From a virus: DNA of 6,393 nucleotides. Within the stretch, counting starts at the first letter, position 1. Each line of letters begins with the position of its first letter. A model generated the notes under the pieces. It ran no database searches. It was not told the DNA's origin and saw only the letters and a program-made list of their open reading frames with translations. Shown here one piece after another: positions 6,125-6,393 of this stretch. A program made the position numbers and the translations under genes. The stretch spans positions 1 through 6,393 of the IMG/VR virus record IMGVR_UViG_3300029445_000308. One strand, given 5' to 3'.

Positions 6125-6265
6125 GCTTTTTAGGCGACTGGTCGCCGGTGCGGAGCAAAAAAGCAGATTTTCACATATACGTTTGTCGGAACACTCCGGA
6201 GCCTTGGCGTCGTCGGTCGCTCGAGGCTTCGGTGACTCTGCCTTCATTCCGTTCAGCGAACGGAG
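6125..6265. other. GC-rich cluster of hairpins. (a) 6125-6164: outer stem gcttttt/aaaaagc enclosing ggcga-ctgg-tcgcc. (b) 6187-6198: cgga-acac-tccg. (c) 6196-6232: ccggagcc...ggcttcgg, 8 bp with one G.T. (d) 6247-6265: ttccgttc-agc-gaacggag. Candidate complementary-strand origin or priming site, or a structured RNA
   Basis: Inverted repeats seen directly. Local GC content is far above the genome average, and no credible ORF is present. In phiX174 and G4, intergenic hairpin clusters serve as primosome-assembly or primase-recognition sites for (-)-strand synthesis. The function here is inferred. Confidence 0.3.
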
Positions 6266-6393
6266 CATATACTAGCCCTTGTGGTATGGAATGGTTACCC
6301 CTCAACCATTGTCATCTTTGATGACCGACTTCAAAGGTACTATCCTTATATGTCGCCAATTTCAGCAAAAAAGAGTAATATTTTTGCGTGATG

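Noticed and set aside
6002-6268. Minus-strand 88-aa ORF and plus-strand ORF 5865-6275 over the non-coding block
   Set aside because: Low-complexity translations of palindromic or repeat DNA (poly-F from the A-run, Cys/Arg-rich). The plus-strand ORF overlaps the VP2 3' end out of frame. No start context
6100-6321. 73-aa basic ORF (MKRKSVKRCFLGDWSPVRSKK...) crossing the circular junction. It starts with the same 12 nt (atgaaaagaaaa) as ORF 229
   Set aside because: The translation is Arg/Cys/Trp/Pro-rich, typical of reading through GC-rich structured non-coding DNA. It is superimposed on the hairpin cluster and has no SD or promoter. The shared A-rich 12-mer is plausibly chance in this genome. 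A J or VP5-like DNA-binding protein cannot be fully excluded

Overview
The window is a complete circular ssDNA-phage-like replicon opened at an arbitrary point. Bases 1-123 are repeated exactly at 6271-6393, so the unit length is 6270 nt. All credible genes are on the + strand, and the architecture is that of a Microviridae genome. There is a rolling-circle Rep (VP4-like, 450 aa) with an HUH motif and a two-tyrosine motif. Two small genes follow it. Next come a very large major capsid protein (VP1-like, 750 aa) and a Gly/Gln-rich pilot protein (VP2-like, 375 aa). The large capsid, the ~6.3 kb size, the AT-rich sequence, the near-absence of Shine-Dalgarno sequences and the TAnnTTTG-type -7 elements point to a Bacteroidota-infecting Alpavirinae-like microvirus. 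I have not run any database search, so this assignment is an inference. Several things are unusual for a tightly packed microvirus. About 770 nt (~12%) is non-coding and is split into two blocks (5957-6270 plus 1-228, and 430-656). Both blocks are dense in GC-rich and A/T-rich hairpins, and one contains a 42-nt alternating purine/pyrimidine (GTGC/GCGC) Z-DNA-type tract. A 67-codon ORF inside that block is the only gene with a strong AGGAGG Shine-Dalgarno sequence, and its product has a ribbon-helix-helix-like pattern. A 62-codon gene between Rep and the capsid module has a signal peptide and lipobox, which makes it a candidate lysis or exclusion gene. At the Rep stop codon there is a stem-loop whose loop reads TTGATATT. 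That matches the core of the phiX174 origin, where gene A protein nicks within TTG/ATA, so it is a candidate (+)-strand origin. I found no tRNA, rRNA, CRISPR array, integrase or transposase.
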